DNA of 36,835 nt from contig JBGVJM010000004.1 of the NCBI GenBank assembly GCA_045129415.1, positions 1 through 36,835 on the forward strand, read 5' to 3'. This stretch comes from Eubacteriales bacterium. GTDB taxonomy: Bacteria > Bacillota > Clostridia > Oscillospirales > CAG-272. The position numbers were made by a program, and so were the translations under genes. A model generated the notes under the pieces. That model was given only the letters and a program-made list of their open reading frames with translations. It ran no database searches and was not told the DNA's origin. This document shows positions 33,695 to 36,835 of the stretch, in pieces. How positions within the stretch are numbered: the stretch's first letter is position 1; the number at the start of each line of letters is the position of its first letter.

Positions 33695-36319
33695 ATGCAA
33701 AACGATCAAAACAACAAAAAAAGTCAGGACAAGCAGCAAAACGCCAAGGAGGGCCGTGGCGCGTCGCTTTTTGCCAAAATAACGGCACGGCTTAACGAAA
33801 AGGATGAATGGGAGGTGCGAGGCAGGGTTTCTCGCGCGGTCGGATTTATAACCGCGGCTGCCGTGACATATCTTTTGGGCGGAGTTGAGCTGTTTTTCGG
33901 CACATATCCCATTTGTATTGCTCTCGCCTGCTCGGACAGAGGCATGCTCATGCCTATTGCAACGGGAGCCCTGGCATTGATAATCACGGGCGGCTTGCCT
34001 CCGCTGTATGCCTTTGCCGCGTTCTCCGTCATACTCATACGCGCACTTGTAGCTCTTGTTCCCTTTATGCTTGCCGAGCTTAACGGCAAAAAGGAAAATC
34101 AAAATCTGCCGGTACCAATAGATCGCGGTGACGAGGAGAAAAAAGGCTCTTTTTTCGGCAAAACGGCACAACCAAACGAGGATAACGCAACTCGCGCGCC
34201 CACGTATGCCGACGCGCTGTTTTGCGAGCCCTTCCACAAAACGTTGCTTTGCGCCGCCACAGGTGGACTTTTATGCGGACTTTTCTTAATGATCCAGAGC
34301 GCATTCTCGTTTTACAGTCTTTACGGCACACTTTTTATGACGGTAGCGTGTCCCGTGCTTGTCTTTGCGTTTTCGGGATATCTCGGCAAAAATGAGTTTA
34401 ATACGCCGCCGCGAGCCTTTATTGCCTTTATGTCCATAGCGCCATTGTGCATTATTTTTGCAACGCAAAAGACCATTATAGGCATGCCGATGGCTCCCTT
34501 CCTTTGCATGCTTTTAACTCTTTACATATCATCAAAAAAAGGCATGATATGGGGCGTGGGCGCGGCTCTTGTGTGCGGATTGGCATACAATTACACATAC
34601 GTGCCTCTTTTGGCGTTCGCCGCCATAATCTTTTGCATAATTTCAAGCTTTAAGGAGGGCGCGGGACTTGCCGCCGTGTGCGCCTTAGTCGTTATATGGT
34701 GCTATTACATAGGTGGCTCCATCGGACTTGTATCCGTGCTTCCGCCAATGCTTCTTGCGATCCCGATCTATATGTCGGTGGATAAATACCGCCGCATCAT
34801 GCACGCGCCATACAACAGGGATGCCATTTTGTCGGGCGGAGTATTCTTTGCCCAAGCGGTGACAGAAAAGACCAAAAATCAAGCCGTTTGTGACAGACTC
34901 GGCGCGCTTTCGGACGCATTTGCCTCAATATCCGAGACCTTTTACAAGCTGAGCGACCGACTTCGCCGCCCCGATATGCTGGATCCCGCAAAAATATGCG
35001 ACGATGCCTTTTCCAAGCATTGCAATACGTGCCACAATCGCGAGCTTTGCTGGGGCGCTGGCTATTCCGATACGCAAACCGCCATCAAAAGCGCGGCGGG
35101 CGCGCTACATTCACGCGGAGATGCGCGTGAGAGCGATCTTCCCGAATCCTTTCGCTCGGTTTGCACCAAATACAAAAAGATACTTTTGGACGTTGATCGC
35201 TCGGTCAAGGAAAAGACCGAAAGCATACTTAAAGGAGAAAAAATAAATCTTTTCGCCTCAAGCTACGAGGATATGACCGCCATATTAAAGGATGCTCTGG
35301 GAGCTGACAGCGAGGAATATCAATTTGACACCGAGGCGGGCGAGCGCATCTTCGACCTTCTGTATTCACAGGGCTTCAAGCTCAGCGGTGTTGCCGTGTA
35401 CGGCAAGAGATGTATAAACGTTGTAATAAAGGGTGTTTCCATAACCGATAAAATAAGTCTCAAAAAGCAATCCGAGCTTTGCGCAAGGATCAGTGAGCTT
35501 GTCGGGGTTGAGCTTGGCGAGCCGAGATTCGAGCTTGGTCAGGACGGAACGCTTATGCGCCTTACCTCCAAGCCGCAATTCTCCGCAAAATGCGCCTGCG
35601 GAAGCATATCCGCCGCCGAGCTTACCGCGTCGGACGGCTCGCGCGTGCTGACCGTTGATCCCTTTGCCACCGCCGATGATGCGCTTTGCGGAGACACGGT
35701 AAATTCCTTTATTTCGGATTCATCATATTTTTACGCGCTCGTAAGCGACGGAATGGGTACGGGAGCCGAGGCGGCATTCACGTCGGGCGTATGCTCCATG
35801 TTCATTGAAAAGATGCTTTGCGCCGGCAATCGCTCCGACATTACCCTACGCGTGCTCAATAACGCAATTCGCTCAGAAAACAACAGCCGCGGCGGAGAAA
35901 TATCCGCAACCATCGACCTTTTTCAGCTTGATCTTATCGACGGCTCGGCAATATTCATGAAAAGCGGCGCGGCTCCCACCTACGTCGTTCGCGGCGAAAC
36001 GGTGTATAAGATAAATTCCCACACTATGCCCATAGGCATAATCAAGACTGCCGACGTCAAGCTGACGCGCTTTGACACAAAACGCGGCGACATCATAATT
36101 ATGATGAGCGACGGTTGCTGTCCCGACAGCGACGACTGCACGTGGCTCGTTGACTTTCTTTGCGAATACACCCGCCGCGACCGAAGCAACCAAAAAAAGA
36201 AGGACGAGCCCTGCGATTGCGAGGCTCTCCGCGACACACTGCTTTCCTTGGCAAGGCGCAACTACCCTGCCGACCGAGACGGCGACGATATTTCTCTGAA
36301 CGTTATTCAAATAGGATAA
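33695..36319 (+). CDS. spoIIE: Stage II sporulation protein E (membrane-anchored PP2C phosphatase)
   Basis: 874 aa. The polytopic N-terminal half has about 10 TM helices, followed by a central regulatory region. The C-terminal PP2C domain carries VSDGMGTGAEAA, ATIDL, MPIGI and IIMMSDG motifs. RBS AGAGGA. Confidence 0.9.
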   Translation: MQNDQNNKKSQDKQQNAKEGRGASLFAKITARLNEKDEWEVRGRVSRAVGFITAAAVTYLLGGVELFFGTYPICIALACSDRGMLMPIATGALALIITGGLPPLYAFAAFSVILIRALVALVPFMLAELNGKKENQNLPVPIDRGDEEKKGSFFGKTAQPNEDNATRAPTYADALFCEPFHKTLLCAATGGLLCGLFLMIQSAFSFYSLYGTLFMTVACPVLVFAFSGYLGKNEFNTPPRAFIAFMSIAPLCIIFATQKTIIGMPMAPFLCMLLTLYISSKKGMIWGVGAALVCGLAYNYTYVPLLAFAAIIFCIISSFKEGAGLAAVCALVVIWCYYIGGSIGLVSVLPPMLLAIPIYMSVDKYRRIMHAPYNRDAILSGGVFFAQAVTEKTKNQAVCDRLGALSDAFASISETFYKLSDRLRRPDMLDPAKICDDAFSKHCNTCHNRELCWGAGYSDTQTAIKSAAGALHSRGDARESDLPESFRSVCTKYKKILLDVDRSVKEKTESILKGEKINLFASSYEDMTAILKDALGADSEEYQFDTEAGERIFDLLYSQGFKLSGVAVYGKRCINVVIKGVSITDKISLKKQSELCARISELVGVELGEPRFELGQDGTLMRLTSKPQFSAKCACGSISAAELTASDGSRVLTVDPFATADDALCGDTVNSFISDSSYFYALVSDGMGTGAEAAFTSGVCSMFIEKMLCAGNRSDITLRVLNNAIRSENNSRGGEISATIDLFQLDLIDGSAIFMKSGAAPTYVVRGETVYKINSHTMPIGIIKTADVKLTRFDTKRGDIIIMMSDGCCPDSDDCTWLVDFLCEYTRRDRSNQKKKDEPCDCEALRDTLLSLARRNYPADRDGDDISLNVIQIG

Positions 36320-36351
36320 AGAAAAATTTTTTTATTTTTTCAAAATACCCC

Positions 36352-36380
36352 TTTACAAATGCGAACATTTGTGCTATAAT
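36352..36380 (+). promoter_or_regulatory. Sigma-A promoter with a spacer palindrome
   Basis: TTTACA (36352-36357), 17 nt, TGcTATAAT (36375-36380). A 7-bp inverted repeat, ACAAATG-cgaa-CATTTGT, lies at 36355-36372. Confidence 0.5.
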
Positions 36381-36418
36381 TTGCTTGTACATAAAAAATG
36401 CAGGAAAGGAGCGCCGAT

Positions 36419-36835
36419 ATGGACCGTCCCGACAAAATAAATACTGTATGCTTCACGGGACATCGCGACATTGACGTCTCCTCGGCAAGCATATTACCCG
36501 CGATATTGAAAAGCACAATGCGCAAAATGGTAGCCCGCGGCGCACGCCGCTTTCTTGCGGGCGGAGCTATGGGATTTGACACCCTTGCCGCGCTTTGCGT
36601 ACTTGAATTGAAGGAAGAATTTCCCGATATTCGTCTTGAACTTATTCTCCCCTGCCGCAACCAGATGCAAAGGTGGGATGCGCGGAGCAAAATGATATAT
36701 GAAATGATAATCGAGCTCGCGGATAACGTGGAATTTCTTCACGACACGTATAATCAAACCTGTATGCACGACAGAAACCGTCGCCTCGTAGACCTCTCCG
36801 ACACCGTCATCGCCTATCTCAGCCACAACGGAGGC
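36419..36835 (+). CDS. DUF1273 / SLOG-fold (YpsA-like) protein, 3'-truncated by the window end
   Basis: Hand translation: MDRPDKINTVCFTGHRDIDV...FLAGGAMGFDTLAALCVLELKEEFPDIRLELILPC... The CFTGHR and GGAxGFD motifs are typical of DUF1273. RBS AGGAAAGGAG. Open to the window end, so absent from the ORF track. Confidence 0.7.
   Translation, partial: MDRPDKINTVCFTGHRDIDVSSASILPAILKSTMRKMVARGARRFLAGGAMGFDTLAALCVLELKEEFPDIRLELILPCRNQMQRWDARSKMIYEMIIELADNVEFLHDTYNQTCMHDRNRRLVDLSDTVIAYLSHNGG

Noticed and set aside
33411-34237. ORFs 33411-33782 (+, 123 aa) and 33620-34237 (-, 205 aa) overlapping the spoIIE upstream region and N-terminus
   Set aside because: Neither has an RBS. Their composition is low-complexity or mirror-like. 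They overlap a confidently assigned spoIIE gene and its promoter region.
1-36835. Search for CRISPR arrays, tRNA/rRNA genes, transposases/integrases, toxin-antitoxin pairs, and nuclease/helicase-type defence genes
   Set aside because: I saw no regularly spaced repeats beyond those reported. No intergenic region is long enough to hold an rRNA gene, and I recognised no tRNA in the intergenic regions. No ORF has recombinase, transposase, nuclease or helicase motifs. The window is mostly metabolic, transport and sporulation genes.

Overview
The window looks like chromosomal DNA from a spore-forming Clostridia-type Firmicute, based on spoIIE and a SCIFF scfA/scfB pair. It is densely coding, and I found no rRNA, tRNA, CRISPR array, transposase or integrase. 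From left to right it contains: (1) a Gfo/Idh/MocA oxidoreductase. (2) A DeoR-regulated divergent operon (GatD-like Zn-dehydrogenase, AlsE-like 3-epimerase, metallophosphoesterase). (3) An AT-rich XRE-HTH/TPR regulator. (4) An AraC-associated five-gene minus-strand cluster (CE15-like esterase, three xylose-isomerase-like TIM-barrel proteins, one Gfo/Idh/MocA dehydrogenase). (5) An AT-rich islet (lipoprotein, small membrane protein) next to a His-less CPBP protein and a DJ-1/PfpI gene. (6) A Wzy/O-antigen-ligase-like and Wzz-like pair. (7) A Na/Pi cotransporter. (8) A PLP decarboxylase. (9) A radical SAM/SPASM maturase with a 48-aa Cys-rich SCIFF precursor missing from the ORF track. (10) MFS and GH2 genes. 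(11) A heterodimeric ABC exporter with one degenerate ATP site. (12) A MATE pump. (13) A 44-aa Asn/Ser/Lys/Gln in-frame-repeat micro-ORF between two terminators. (14) A GntR(YtrA)-ABC-permease module. (15) spoIIE. (16) A partial DUF1273/SLOG gene. Many intergenic regions carry near-consensus TTGACA-17-TATAAT promoters and clear hairpin terminators. The very long antisense ORFs in the track are codon-aligned shadow ORFs, not genes. All functional calls rest on motif recognition by eye, with no database search. I saw no clear-cut new system. The best candidates for follow-up are the oxidoreductase/TIM-barrel/CE15 cluster, the SCIFF locus, the repeat micro-ORF and the hairpin-flanked AT-rich islet.
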